Source of the DNA: a virus | Length of the DNA: 64,000 nucleotides | Virus record (IMG/VR): IMGVR_UViG_3300028840_003168 | Reading direction: 5' to 3' (one strand) | Position numbers and translations under genes: made by a program | Shown: positions 19,908 to 29,655 of the stretch, piece after piece | Layout of the letters: each line of letters begins with the position of its first letter | Position numbering within the stretch: the first letter of the stretch is position 1 | Notes under the pieces: model-generated | Seen by the model: only the letters and a program-made list of their open reading frames with translations | Told to the model about the DNA's origin: nothing | Database searches by the model: none

Positions 19908-21443
19908 ATGGCGATTTTACTCATAGACGGGAATCCTCTCATATGGAGGGCCTACCACACGGTAGGTTTGGACAATGAGGGTGTACTTCGTGGCATAGTC
20001 AGTACCGTATTCAAACTCATAGAACAGTTTGGTAACAGCCCTGCTCTGGTTTTCTGGGATTCAGGTCGTTGTCGGTGGAGGAGTGCCGTGTACCCGGAGT
20101 ACAAAGGTGCAAGGTCTAAACGTCGAGAGGACCAGGATGAGGAGGAGCTTGAGGAGGTATTCAGGCAAACCGATGTTGCCAAGAAGTTTATCGGTGACCT
20201 CGGGGTACGTCAGATACAGGTTCGTGGGGTTGAAGCTGATGACCTGATAGGTTGGTTCTCTTCATATCTGTCCGAATCCTTTCAGTACCATACGATTATC
20301 TGCACTACAGATAAGGACCTTTGGCAGTTGGTATCCGGGCGTCAGGTGTCTGTTTACGATGTTATCAAGAAGGAGCAGGTGGATGGCGACTCGGCTGGAG
20401 CGTCTTTCGGGGTGGCTCCGCATCTGATACCTGCTTTCAAGTCCCTGGTGGGTGACTCCTCGGACAGTATTCAGGGTGTAAAGGGTATAGGCCCCAAAAC
20501 TGCCAGGACTCTTTTGGGCGAGTACGGAGACCTTTCAGGTATTCTGGATAACCAGTCCGAACTCATGAAGTCCAAGCGGACGGCGGCTATTTTTGACAAT
20601 TTAGAGCAGTTGAACCTGGCTTGGCGCCTCGTTACCTTGTCGAGCCACAGGGAGATGCGCTGGTGTCTGAATGACCGGGAATCTGCGGAATTTGTGCAAG
20701 TTTTGAACAAAGAGGTGAAAAGAGAGCCTCTAGGTGCCCAGGTGGCTGCGGAAAGGCTTGGATTTATGCCGCCAGAGCAACCAGGGGCCTCTGTGCTGTC
20801 CTCGGAGGTAATGTCAGGTATGAGCAGCTTCGTACAGAAGGAGAGCGAGGAGGGGCTCGGTACGCTTCCCTCACTGGATGTTCTGATTGGTGAGTGCAAT
20901 CAGTGTGCGCTTCGTGGATGTTGCAGCACCTACGGCCCAACCCTTCCTCAAGGGTATGATGATGTAGAGATCATGATTATCGGGAGGAATCCCGGATATG
21001 ATGAGCTGCTCGAAGGGCGACCTTTTGTGGGTCGTGCTGGAGAACGTTTGGACCGGTTTCTGGATGATGTAGGGCTGACACGGCGCGAGGTCTGGGTGAC
21101 TAACACCTGCAAGTGCTATTCTGAAGGTAACCGGCCACCCTCTTACGGGGAGATCATGGCATGTTCTCGGTACCTGAGAGCTGAGATCAGCATCATCAAG
21201 CCGAAGTTCATCATGACCTTCGGGAACGAGGCCATGTCCATGGTGACGCCTCATGGAAGTAATGTGACGGGTCACTGTGGGACGATATTCGATAATCCTC
21301 ATGGGTTGCTGCTGGACATGGACATCCAGGCAAAGGTTGCCGTGTGCGTCCACCCTTCCGCAGCCCTGCGATCCGCAAAGAGTGAGACTGAGATGAACTA
21401 CTGCGCTGAGAAAGTGCGCGAACTTTTGGAGAGTGTGAAATGA
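19908..21443 (+). CDS. 5'-3' exonuclease (PolI N-terminal/FEN) fused to family-4-like uracil-DNA glycosylase
   Basis: Exonuclease motifs LLIDG, VEADD, TTDKD, LVGDSSDSIQGVKGIGPKTA. UDG motifs CNQC, IIGRNPG, PFVGRAG, TNTCKC, NRPP, HPSAALR. Confidence 0.9.
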   Translation: MAILLIDGNPLIWRAYHTVGLDNEGVLRGIVSTVFKLIEQFGNSPALVFWDSGRCRWRSAVYPEYKGARSKRREDQDEEELEEVFRQTDVAKKFIGDLGVRQIQVRGVEADDLIGWFSSYLSESFQYHTIICTTDKDLWQLVSGRQVSVYDVIKKEQVDGDSAGASFGVAPHLIPAFKSLVGDSSDSIQGVKGIGPKTARTLLGEYGDLSGILDNQSELMKSKRTAAIFDNLEQLNLAWRLVTLSSHREMRWCLNDRESAEFVQVLNKEVKREPLGAQVAAERLGFMPPEQPGASVLSSEVMSGMSSFVQKESEEGLGTLPSLDVLIGECNQCALRGCCSTYGPTLPQGYDDVEIMIIGRNPGYDELLEGRPFVGRAGERLDRFLDDVGLTRREVWVTNTCKCYSEGNRPPSYGEIMACSRYLRAEISIIKPKFIMTFGNEAMSMVTPHGSNVTGHCGTIFDNPHGLLLDMDIQAKVAVCVHPSAALRSAKSETEMNYCAEKVRELLESVK

Positions 21444-21979
21444 CAGACGAAGAAAAGGTAGCGGAACCGGAGAAACCTGCTTCACGGATTTCTATATCCC
21501 CGACGAACACTGAGTTAGAACCTCCTCACAGGTATCACTTACCGGATGAGCGTCCGAGCAGGACTGTAGGGTTCACGATCTACCCTCCGAATGAGGAGGA
21601 CCCGAAAGGTGATCCGCCTCCTCCTGTAAAAGGTACTTTTGTCGTGGGTTTCTATCCAGACAAGACTCCTGGGGAGCTCTTTGTGCGCGTTGAGAAGGAG
21701 GGCTCCGAGGTTCATGGTTGGGCGGATTGCTGGGCCATTGCAGTTTCTTTGCTGCTTCAGTACGGCATTCCCCCCACGAAGATCTATGAGAAGTTCATGT
21801 GGCAGAACTTCAAACCTCAAGGTCTGACCAACAACCAGGCCGCTTTCACCTGCAAGTCGATAATCGATCTCATCATGAAGTGGATGTCGAAGAACCTCCC
21901 GCCCACGGCCAAAGTGGAGTCTCCCGAATCTGCCGAGTACGAGGCTATCATTGAGTCTGTGGTGGGGGGCGACGAGTGA
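21440..21979 (+). CDS. Stand-alone TSCPD-like domain (class II ribonucleotide reductase C-terminal region)
   Basis: VGFYPDKTPGELFVRVEKEGS...AIAVSLLLQYGIP...FKPQG...KSIIDLI matches the NrdJ C-terminal pattern. Confidence 0.75.
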   Translation: MTDEEKVAEPEKPASRISISPTNTELEPPHRYHLPDERPSRTVGFTIYPPNEEDPKGDPPPPVKGTFVVGFYPDKTPGELFVRVEKEGSEVHGWADCWAIAVSLLLQYGIPPTKIYEKFMWQNFKPQGLTNNQAAFTCKSIIDLIMKWMSKNLPPTAKVESPESAEYEAIIESVVGGDE

Positions 21980-22404
21980 GAATCGTTCTTCAGATCGGAT
22001 ACCTGAAGTCTATGGGGTATCGGAAGTACGGTCAGTCTGTCAGGGCGTTCATAAATGATGAGGAATGTTCCTGGCAGGATGATACCGGAAAATATATTTC
22101 ATCTAAAGTTGACGCCAGCAAAGGTTTGCTCTGGTATCTTTGGTCTGGAGAGGCAGAGCCCGAAGACGTTATCCGGGTGGAGGTGAAGACTTCAGTTGTA
22201 GGTGCCGGTCCCGATGAAAACAGGACATTTGAGGCACTGTATTACGTTGATGCGGGTGCCCCTGTTCGGGAGATTGAGGTAGCTGGAGTTGGTCACAAGA
22301 GGTATCCGCTTCTTAAAGGGAGGTTGCGGAAGATGGGTTCGGTTTCCGAGAGCGATAAGCGGGAATCGGAAATTTCGGAGTTCATGGAGGACGAGAGCTT
22401 CTGA
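21976..22404 (+). CDS. Hypothetical protein
   Basis: 142 aa, translationally coupled at both ends. Confidence 0.55.
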   Translation: MRIVLQIGYLKSMGYRKYGQSVRAFINDEECSWQDDTGKYISSKVDASKGLLWYLWSGEAEPEDVIRVEVKTSVVGAGPDENRTFEALYYVDAGAPVREIEVAGVGHKRYPLLKGRLRKMGSVSESDKRESEISEFMEDESF

Positions 22405-24218
22405 TGCTGGACATCTACATGCGGGACAAAAAGTATTTCGTGACCCTTGATCAGAGTCATGAACATTACGGACGCGCCTACATCATCCTGAAGTCGATGT
22501 TGACTACCAAGGAGCAGCAGGATGGGAGGACTTTTTCTATCGGGTATGAAGATCTCCCGTTTCTGAGGAAGAAGATGATTTCGTTTGGGTTGCTGCCCTA
22601 TTGCACCATTACCGAGGAAGCTCACCAGTTCGGGGAGTGGCTTCAGTCGTGCAGGGACTATGAGGCTGCTTTAAAATCAGGTTCCCACGATGCCCAGACT
22701 CTCAGTCTCCTGGAGGGGAAGCTGAAAAACCCGTTGTACGCGGACCAGGTTACTGCTGTGTCCTATCTGCTTTATAAAGGCAGTGCGGGTCTGTTTGACG
22801 ATATGGGATCGGGCAAGACCCTTATTAGCCTTGCGGTGGCGGCGGCTCTGGGAGACCAGGTTAGGCGCACCCTTGTGATTTGTCCGCACAACGTAATATT
22901 CGGGTTCCTTCGTGAGATAAACAAGCACACCTATTTTAAGGGAATTGCAGTGCCGTCCGGTCGGAAGACTTCAGTGAAGTTCCTTCAAGACGCTATGCAG
23001 GATGACTGGGATTTTCTGCTTGTGCATCCTGAAAACCTGATAGGGATTAAGAAAGACGTTTATGGGTCTTTGACAGAGTTTCTCAGTCAGCAATGGTTCG
23101 ATATGATCATTTCTGACGAGTTTCATATGTACAAGAACCTGAGTGCCAAGCGTACAAAATGTGTTTTGAAGCTAATGAAGGATATTAGAAATCGGGAGGG
23201 TGGCTATCCTCGATGTATTCCGATGACCGGTACGCCGATTTCGGAAACTCCTGTGAATGCCTATACCATCTTGAGGTTGTTGAGTTTCGATCAGATGCCG
23301 CATATTACCCGGTTTGAGAATTATTACTGCGAGAAGCGGACAGTTCAGTTCGGGAAAGGTGGCCCGGTTGCCAAGAAGGTTGTAGGTTTCAAGAATCTGG
23401 ATGAGTTGAAGGCCAGAATAGAGCATGTTTCCATACGTCGAACCAAGGATGACATGAAAGGTTTTCCCGATAAGATAGAGGTCATTCGGGATATAGAGCT
23501 TACAGGACGCCAGAAGGTTTTGTACAAGGCTATTTGCGGGGAAGTGGTTGCCGAGTTGGGGTTATCGACTCGAATAAACCTGATGTCCTTTCTACAAAAC
23601 AGTAATTCTGTGCTGCGTCTCAGGCAGTTGATGAATCACCCTAATCTTTTGAACGAGGAGGGTGAGTCCGCAAAGTACAAGGAAATCGATCTTATCCTGG
23701 ACGAGCTGTTTACCGACCCGGAGGCGAAGGCGGTTATCTGGACCGCGTATAGGCAGTCGGCGCAGAATCTCTATGAGAGGTATAAGAGCCTTTATGGGGC
23801 AGTCAAAATCATTGGCGGTATGAATGAGGCTGTTTTTGAGAGGACGGCTTATGAATTCGAGAACCAGGACGCTCCTCGGGTGGCTGTCTGTACCGCGGAA
23901 AAGGCTGGTACCGGCACAGACTTTCTTGCCAGGGCGAGAACGGCCATCTACACAGATCGGCCACACTCGTATGTTTTGTATAAGCAATCGATGGATCGTA
24001 TTCACCGAAGGGTAACGTCTTCCAACAACCCAAATCAGTTGGATCGCATACGGGCTCAACCGGCGACACTGATTTTCCTGGATGTGGTGAACTCCGTGGA
24101 TGCCCTGGTTCGGGACCAGCTGATGGGCAAGCAGGATGTCGCCCAGGCGATGACCACCGGGAACCAGAAACTTGTAGAGATCGGCAGGGCCGATTTATTG
24201 AAGTATTTTAAGCTATGA
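22404..24218 (+). CDS. SNF2-family helicase/ATPase
   Basis: FDDMGSGKT, LVICP, ISDEFH, MTGTP, LRLRQLMNHP and QSMDRIHR motifs. Confidence 0.9.
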   Translation: MLDIYMRDKKYFVTLDQSHEHYGRAYIILKSMLTTKEQQDGRTFSIGYEDLPFLRKKMISFGLLPYCTITEEAHQFGEWLQSCRDYEAALKSGSHDAQTLSLLEGKLKNPLYADQVTAVSYLLYKGSAGLFDDMGSGKTLISLAVAAALGDQVRRTLVICPHNVIFGFLREINKHTYFKGIAVPSGRKTSVKFLQDAMQDDWDFLLVHPENLIGIKKDVYGSLTEFLSQQWFDMIISDEFHMYKNLSAKRTKCVLKLMKDIRNREGGYPRCIPMTGTPISETPVNAYTILRLLSFDQMPHITRFENYYCEKRTVQFGKGGPVAKKVVGFKNLDELKARIEHVSIRRTKDDMKGFPDKIEVIRDIELTGRQKVLYKAICGEVVAELGLSTRINLMSFLQNSNSVLRLRQLMNHPNLLNEEGESAKYKEIDLILDELFTDPEAKAVIWTAYRQSAQNLYERYKSLYGAVKIIGGMNEAVFERTAYEFENQDAPRVAVCTAEKAGTGTDFLARARTAIYTDRPHSYVLYKQSMDRIHRRVTSSNNPNQLDRIRAQPATLIFLDVVNSVDALVRDQLMGKQDVAQAMTTGNQKLVEIGRADLLKYFKL

Positions 24219-25336
24219 GAAATCTTTTGTTGATGAATAGGATGTTGGACCGGGATACGGGCATCGTATTGCCCGATGGCCGTGTGTACAAGCCTATCTA
24301 TAATTATGGGTTTTCCAGGGAGTCCATGAAGGGTGTTTTTGAGGTCTGCCACCAGGTATCTTCGCAGATGTGGGGTTATTTTGGTTATAGTGGGCTTATT
24401 TCTCCCTGGCAGGATGATCCTGATCCTCGGGCACAGTTTAATTTTCAACAGAAGACTATTTTGTCCTTGATGAAGTTTCTTGAGGATGAAGACATCGATC
24501 TGTGGTCGTATTGCGTCCTGGTTTGCGCTGTATCGGACTACACGCGGTACGAGAGGCCTGCTCTCCTGTTTGGGCAACGAACCCATCGCAGCTGGATGAA
24601 GAAGCTCAGAAAGCATGCTGGGAGCCGTCAGAGGGTAAAGGATGTTGCTACTTTCATGTTGAGGTTTATTGAACTCCAGGTGGAGCATCGAGGTGTGGCC
24701 CAGGTCAGGATCAAAAACATTCTGGGCACCGAGGTTGGTGGCCGCAAAAAGGCTTTTATTACTTATCACAGGATAGCGGATCGCATAAAGCAGATGGTGG
24801 AGCTGGAACTGGACTGGCTCGACTGGCTTGCGCTGAAGGTGAGGAATTTCCTGGATTTCCGACCGAAGGAGATGCCTCTAATCAAGATGATAGTAAACTT
24901 CAACAACCTGGACCCGGATATGAATGCGCTCAGACGGAAGATGGATGACCGTTGGCGGGAGATACGGGAGTTCCTGAACCTATCTGATTCCTGTGAGTTC
25001 CCGGATGGCTACATCCCGAAGGGGTGGGTGCCCTCAAATGATGATTTCAAGGACTCCAAGAATATTGCCAGGATACGTGGTGATGGTTTTTATTTCTATC
25101 CGAACGGTGAGCAGCGTAGAGGCAAGAGGCACTATGCCTCCAATACCTATTTCGGGATAAGGTGTGACCCAACGAATTTTCACATGTTCCGTAAGGACTG
25201 GCACAAGACTTCGCTGCTCACATCCAGACCGAAGTGGGAGGAGTACAGGGACTACGCTATTTCTCCTGGGAGATGGGACGAGAAAGGTGAACCGGACAAG
25301 CCATGGGGCAGGAAAGTGAAGTGGAGGACACGATGA
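24215..25336 (+). CDS. Hypothetical basic protein in replication operon
   Basis: 373 aa, coupled (ATGA) at both ends. No family recognised. Confidence 0.55.
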   Translation: MRNLLLMNRMLDRDTGIVLPDGRVYKPIYNYGFSRESMKGVFEVCHQVSSQMWGYFGYSGLISPWQDDPDPRAQFNFQQKTILSLMKFLEDEDIDLWSYCVLVCAVSDYTRYERPALLFGQRTHRSWMKKLRKHAGSRQRVKDVATFMLRFIELQVEHRGVAQVRIKNILGTEVGGRKKAFITYHRIADRIKQMVELELDWLDWLALKVRNFLDFRPKEMPLIKMIVNFNNLDPDMNALRRKMDDRWREIREFLNLSDSCEFPDGYIPKGWVPSNDDFKDSKNIARIRGDGFYFYPNGEQRRGKRHYASNTYFGIRCDPTNFHMFRKDWHKTSLLTSRPKWEEYRDYAISPGRWDEKGEPDKPWGRKVKWRTR

Positions 25337-25740
25337 CAAATGAAGAATATATCAAACTGGTGTTGGAGACGGAGAGCATTGATATTAGTGCCATTCAGGA
25401 GCGTCTTGGCGACCCGCAGGTGGTGAGGCTCGTGCATGCGGCTATGGGGATGGTCACTGAGGCGGGAGAACTTCTGGATATGCTCAAAAAGCATTTGTTC
25501 TATGGCAGGGAGCTGGATCTTGTGAACGTGGAGGAGGAACTTGGGGATTCTTTATGGTATCTCGGTTTAGCGGTGGACGATATGCGGGAGATGGGTTACG
25601 ACACCAGCATTGAACAGATCCAGGAAAAGAATATTGCCAAGTTGAGGAAACGCTATGGGGAGAAGTTTTCTAAGGACGCTGCGCTGACCCGAGACCTGGA
25701 TGCGGAGAGGAAAATTCTCGAAGATGGACCTCAAGACTGA
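25333..25740 (+). CDS. MazG-like nucleotide pyrophosphohydrolase
   Basis: HAAMGMVTEAGELLDMLKK, EEELGDSLWY and NIAKLRKRY motifs. Confidence 0.9.
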   Translation: MTNEEYIKLVLETESIDISAIQERLGDPQVVRLVHAAMGMVTEAGELLDMLKKHLFYGRELDLVNVEEELGDSLWYLGLAVDDMREMGYDTSIEQIQEKNIAKLRKRYGEKFSKDAALTRDLDAERKILEDGPQD

Positions 25741-26440
25741 GCTACTGTCGGAGTGTGACCGGTGCGGCCACACCGGGGTGATCGGTACGGAGCTGTGTGA
25801 GTGTTCGTACAGGTTCAGGGCACTCAATCGCATGGTGTATACGGGGTTTAATCTGAAGACCTCGAAGCTCGTTTCGGGTGACTATCATATTCCTGAGATA
25901 GAGTCCGGTGAGGAGTATCTGGATTACTATCTGGACAATCCTGAAGCGGTTGAGAAAAGTGGTCTAGGTCTTTATCTTTATTCCAGGGAGAAGGGCCGTG
26001 GAAAAACCACTCTGGCGCATCGGCTAGTGTTCCAGGTGGCCAGGTATTTTGCCCACACGTCCAGGTACAAGCGAGATCGAAATTATGCGTTTGAGCGTAC
26101 CGACAGGTTTTTGGCCGATAAAGATTCCGGTCTGTGGAAATCTTCTTTCTATGTACTTGATGACCTCGGCGCCGAGGACGGTTCCGCTTCCTGGACGAGG
26201 AAGAAAGCTCTTTCAGCATTTCAAGAGCTTCTGCATTTCAGGAGAGACAATCAGTTACCAACGATAATCACCTCGAACTATGAACCTTCAGATTTGTCAC
26301 GCCTGTATGATGGGGTGCTGGATTCCCTTTTGGAGATATCGCCTGATGGATACCTGGGAGGTGTCATGTTCCGTCAGGTTGAAATAGGCGGCGGGGAAGA
26401 CTTCAGACTGTCTAAAGAGGAGAGCGCATGGCCTCTGTAG
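25724..26440 (+). CDS. DnaC/IstB-like helicase loader ATPase
   Basis: CDRC...CEC zinc motif, GLYLYSREKGRGKTTLA Walker A, VLDDLG Walker B, RRDNQLPTIITSN. Directly upstream of DnaB. Confidence 0.85.
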   Translation: MDLKTELLSECDRCGHTGVIGTELCECSYRFRALNRMVYTGFNLKTSKLVSGDYHIPEIESGEEYLDYYLDNPEAVEKSGLGLYLYSREKGRGKTTLAHRLVFQVARYFAHTSRYKRDRNYAFERTDRFLADKDSGLWKSSFYVLDDLGAEDGSASWTRKKALSAFQELLHFRRDNQLPTIITSNYEPSDLSRLYDGVLDSLLEISPDGYLGGVMFRQVEIGGGEDFRLSKEESAWPL

Positions 26441-27780
26441 TTTCTGTTATGGACATTGAGGTTGAGGCTGAGTTTCTGGCTTCTGTGCTGCGCGGTTCCA
26501 AGTGTATTGATCGCCAGCTTCTGAGGCACCTTGAGCCGGAGTACTTCTCGGTGGACTCCTATAAGTGGATAGCGGAGGTACTTCTGCATAGAGAGTGGGA
26601 GCCCCTTCCGCAAGGTCTTCTTGACCAGGAGCTTATGGTGGTGGTCGATGAAGATGATAGGTCAAAGTATAGGGACCAGTTAAACCTTCTGTATCAACGT
26701 GAGCTCACTTTCGATGAGGAGGCTGCGGATCGTTTCAAAGCCTTTGTCTCCTATTGTAAAGTGAATTCTTCCATAACCGAGTCCTTTGCGGGGTTCGGTC
26801 GGTCCAACAGGCTAGACCTTCTGCTCAGGGAGGTCTCAGACTCTGCCTCTCTGGCCAGAGGTATCCTGGAGGGTGATGAGCTTCCTGTACATGATTTGGC
26901 CGAAGAATATTTAACTCGTAGTGATCGGCGCAGGGAAGAGAGGGACAATCCGAATCTGAACCCTAGAGTTCTGTTTGGTATACCCGGACTTGACGAGCAG
27001 TTTGTTGTCAAGGCCCCGATGTTGGTTGATTTCCTCGCTCCGTTCAAACGCTTCAAGTCGATTATTCTGAATGCCATCGCCTACTCTGTGCTATTACAGG
27101 GTTTCAATGTGTTGCATCTGACGTATGAGAACTCTCTGGAGCTAACCTCGGACAGATATGATTCGATGTTTTCCGGTCTGGGTTATGACCGGGTGTCGAA
27201 TCTGCTGCTGACCGAAGAGGAGCGTCTCCAGCTTGACAGGATGTGGGCGTGGATACAGTCATGGGATAATCGGCTCAAGATCATAAAATGCCGGTCTCGA
27301 CAGACCACTGTGCAGGATGTTGCTGATCGGATAAAGCGTATCGAGGACGAGGAGGGCTGGAGCCCTGATGTGGAGATCTGGGATTATCTCAACATCATCA
27401 AACCTTCAGAGAGTAATCGTGAGGAGCGCCGGGAGCAGGGGCAGATTGTCTGGGATTTGAAGGGGCATGCCGATGACATAGGGGTAGCTCAGTTTACGGC
27501 CACCCAGGCGAACATGGAAGGCGCCACAGCAGCCAGGATGCAGTTCCAGCATCGAGGTAAGAGCATTGACATCTCTCAGGGTATGGATCTCTCTATAGCG
27601 ATAGACCAGACGAAGGAGGAGCGTAAGGAGGGCCTTATCGTGCTTTCCCCTCAGTTTGCCAGGAATGCCGAGATAACTATTCCAGAGGTGGTACTGGAGT
27701 CAGACATTCCGCGGATGCAGATAGATCCCTGTTTATACAGGCTTTGGCAGTATGCCGAGAGGCTTAATCCGTATGTGTAG
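26428..27780 (+). CDS. DnaB-like replicative helicase
   Basis: FGIPGLDE, variant Walker A LAPFKRFKS, VLHLTYEN, IWDYL and TATQAN. Lies between the loader and primase. Confidence 0.8.
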   Translation: MASVVSVMDIEVEAEFLASVLRGSKCIDRQLLRHLEPEYFSVDSYKWIAEVLLHREWEPLPQGLLDQELMVVVDEDDRSKYRDQLNLLYQRELTFDEEAADRFKAFVSYCKVNSSITESFAGFGRSNRLDLLLREVSDSASLARGILEGDELPVHDLAEEYLTRSDRRREERDNPNLNPRVLFGIPGLDEQFVVKAPMLVDFLAPFKRFKSIILNAIAYSVLLQGFNVLHLTYENSLELTSDRYDSMFSGLGYDRVSNLLLTEEERLQLDRMWAWIQSWDNRLKIIKCRSRQTTVQDVADRIKRIEDEEGWSPDVEIWDYLNIIKPSESNREERREQGQIVWDLKGHADDIGVAQFTATQANMEGATAARMQFQHRGKSIDISQGMDLSIAIDQTKEERKEGLIVLSPQFARNAEITIPEVVLESDIPRMQIDPCLYRLWQYAERLNPYV

Positions 27781-27876
27781 TATTTTTTTGGAGCAAAATA
27801 GTTGACTTCTCCTTTTGCGGTAAGCTACAAGTAGTTTCAGGTTCAGCGACCTTTAAAGAGAAAATAGGACGGCGAG

Positions 27877-28881
27877 ATGGTGGACTCTCGTTCTTATATT
27901 TTGGAGAAACTGCAAGGCTCGAATTTCAACGAGAAGGGCAGGCTCCATACCCGATGTCCTTTTCATGAAGGCGATGTTCATCCCAGTTTTTCCATAACCG
28001 AGGACGGCCTGTTTATCTGCGGATCTCCAAGATGTGGTGTTCGCGGTAATTTTTTTCAGTTTTATAAATATATGGAGGGCCTGTCGAGCTGGAAGGAGGT
28101 CCATGACCGGCTCAAGCAGAACAAGCCTAAAATCTCAACGACGGTTGAAGCACTTCTTGGAATAAAACCCAGCACCACGCGCCGGGAGCTTGCGTTGAAT
28201 GATTTTCCCATCGCACCGTTTGTAGAGCCTTTAGGGGATGTCGCTTACTTGCAGGGACGTGGCTTGACCAATGAGCTTTTATCTTATTTTGGTGTGTCTT
28301 ACGGAACGGGAGGTGAATACGATGGGGTGAACCTGAAGAATACCCTCGTATTCCCTATCTATGACTGTAACGGAGACTATTATACTTTTCAGGTACGTGT
28401 ACTGCGGGAGAGTTCACCGACCAGATGGGAGCATCCACGGGGGAGCTGCTCTCCATATCTTCTGTATGCCGGTTGGCTTGTGGACGGGCGCAGTCGTGAT
28501 CTGTGGATAGTGGAAGGTGCTTCGGATGTCTGGCGTTTGTTTTCTTTTGGGGTGCAGGCGGTGGGTTTGTTCACCAAAGAGGCTTCTACGAGACAGTTGA
28601 ATACCATAACGGCTTTGTGTCGTGATTTTAAATTAAGGCCTGTTGTATGTATGGACGGTGATGTTCCAGATGCGGGGAAGGTAATTTACAGGGAACTGTA
28701 TGTGTCTGGGCTCGAACCGGCGATAGTTTACTTAAAAACGGAGGAGGACCCTGGCGGATTAAGCCAGCTGAGGTTTGTAGAAGTTTGCAACGAGATAACG
28801 AGAGGGAACAATGAGAGACAGCAAAAAGGGGGATCGAGTTCGCCGTATGGTGAAATCCACGGTGGAGGGCCTGAAATATGA
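27877..28881 (+). CDS. DNA primase (CHC2 zinc finger plus TOPRIM)
   Basis: CPFHEGDVHPSF...FICGSPRCG, YLQGRGL, IVEGASD, CMDGD and EDPG motifs. Confidence 0.9.
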   Translation: MVDSRSYILEKLQGSNFNEKGRLHTRCPFHEGDVHPSFSITEDGLFICGSPRCGVRGNFFQFYKYMEGLSSWKEVHDRLKQNKPKISTTVEALLGIKPSTTRRELALNDFPIAPFVEPLGDVAYLQGRGLTNELLSYFGVSYGTGGEYDGVNLKNTLVFPIYDCNGDYYTFQVRVLRESSPTRWEHPRGSCSPYLLYAGWLVDGRSRDLWIVEGASDVWRLFSFGVQAVGLFTKEASTRQLNTITALCRDFKLRPVVCMDGDVPDAGKVIYRELYVSGLEPAIVYLKTEEDPGGLSQLRFVEVCNEITRGNNERQQKGGSSSPYGEIHGGGPEI

Positions 28882-29653
28882 GGAGCCTGCTTTATACAAA
28901 AGTCTGGAAAAGTGGCAGCGCCTTATTTTAAGCACAGTATTTAAAGTCAGCGAAATAACCGGACAGGACGCAGAAGCGGTATTCCAGGACATTGTTCTGG
29001 CGCTTGTGGAGGTGAGTAATGTCAAGGCGGTTCCTCTCTATCGTTGGCGTAATAAGCTGTGGGAAATGAAGCGTGTCTTCGGTAAGTACGCTCTTTTGAA
29101 GGCTCCCAGAAATAACAAGAAGGATCTGTATCGAGAGGCGTTCGCTCCAGTGGATGAGGTCACCATGGTGGAGCGTTGCGAATTTGACTCTTTAGTGTAT
29201 GCGAAAGCACAACAGACCTGTGCGGATATTCTGACCTTGCATTTTTCAGTGCGGCACGGCTATTCCAAATTTGCTGAAGTGGAAAAGCTGGTCAGGGTTA
29301 CCACCAGGCGGGATGGGGTTCGCTTCGAGAAGAAAAAGGTACGAAATTTCAAACGACAGGTCAGGGAGTTGAGTGTTTCTGATCCTTGTTTGTGGTCGGA
29401 CAAAGACAGGAAAGAGGATTTTGTCTTAGAAGATCTCACCTCTCAGAATGCAGAGGCTGATTTAATTACAAAGGAAGCCTTGGGTCTAGTTTATGCTTCT
29501 GTAACTCCTGAAGCTCGTCAGATCCTTCGTTACCTGCTCAAGCATCCTGGTGCTGAATCTCTTGAAATCTCCCGTGAACTCGGTATGCCCCGACTTGTTG
29601 TTCGTGAGGGTTCCCGGTTTATCAGGAACGCTATACACGAGTTAGCGGGGTAA
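28811..29653 (+). CDS. Putative divergent sigma70/ECF-like sigma factor
   Basis: DAEAVFQDIVLALVE and FDSLVYAKAQQTCADIL are region 2-like. VTPEARQIL...SLEISRELGMP is a region 4-like HTH. Confidence 0.5.
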   Translation: MRDSKKGDRVRRMVKSTVEGLKYEEPALYKSLEKWQRLILSTVFKVSEITGQDAEAVFQDIVLALVEVSNVKAVPLYRWRNKLWEMKRVFGKYALLKAPRNNKKDLYREAFAPVDEVTMVERCEFDSLVYAKAQQTCADILTLHFSVRHGYSKFAEVEKLVRVTTRRDGVRFEKKKVRNFKRQVRELSVSDPCLWSDKDRKEDFVLEDLTSQNAEADLITKEALGLVYASVTPEARQILRYLLKHPGAESLEISRELGMPRLVVREGSRFIRNAIHELAG

Positions 29654-29655
29654 TC

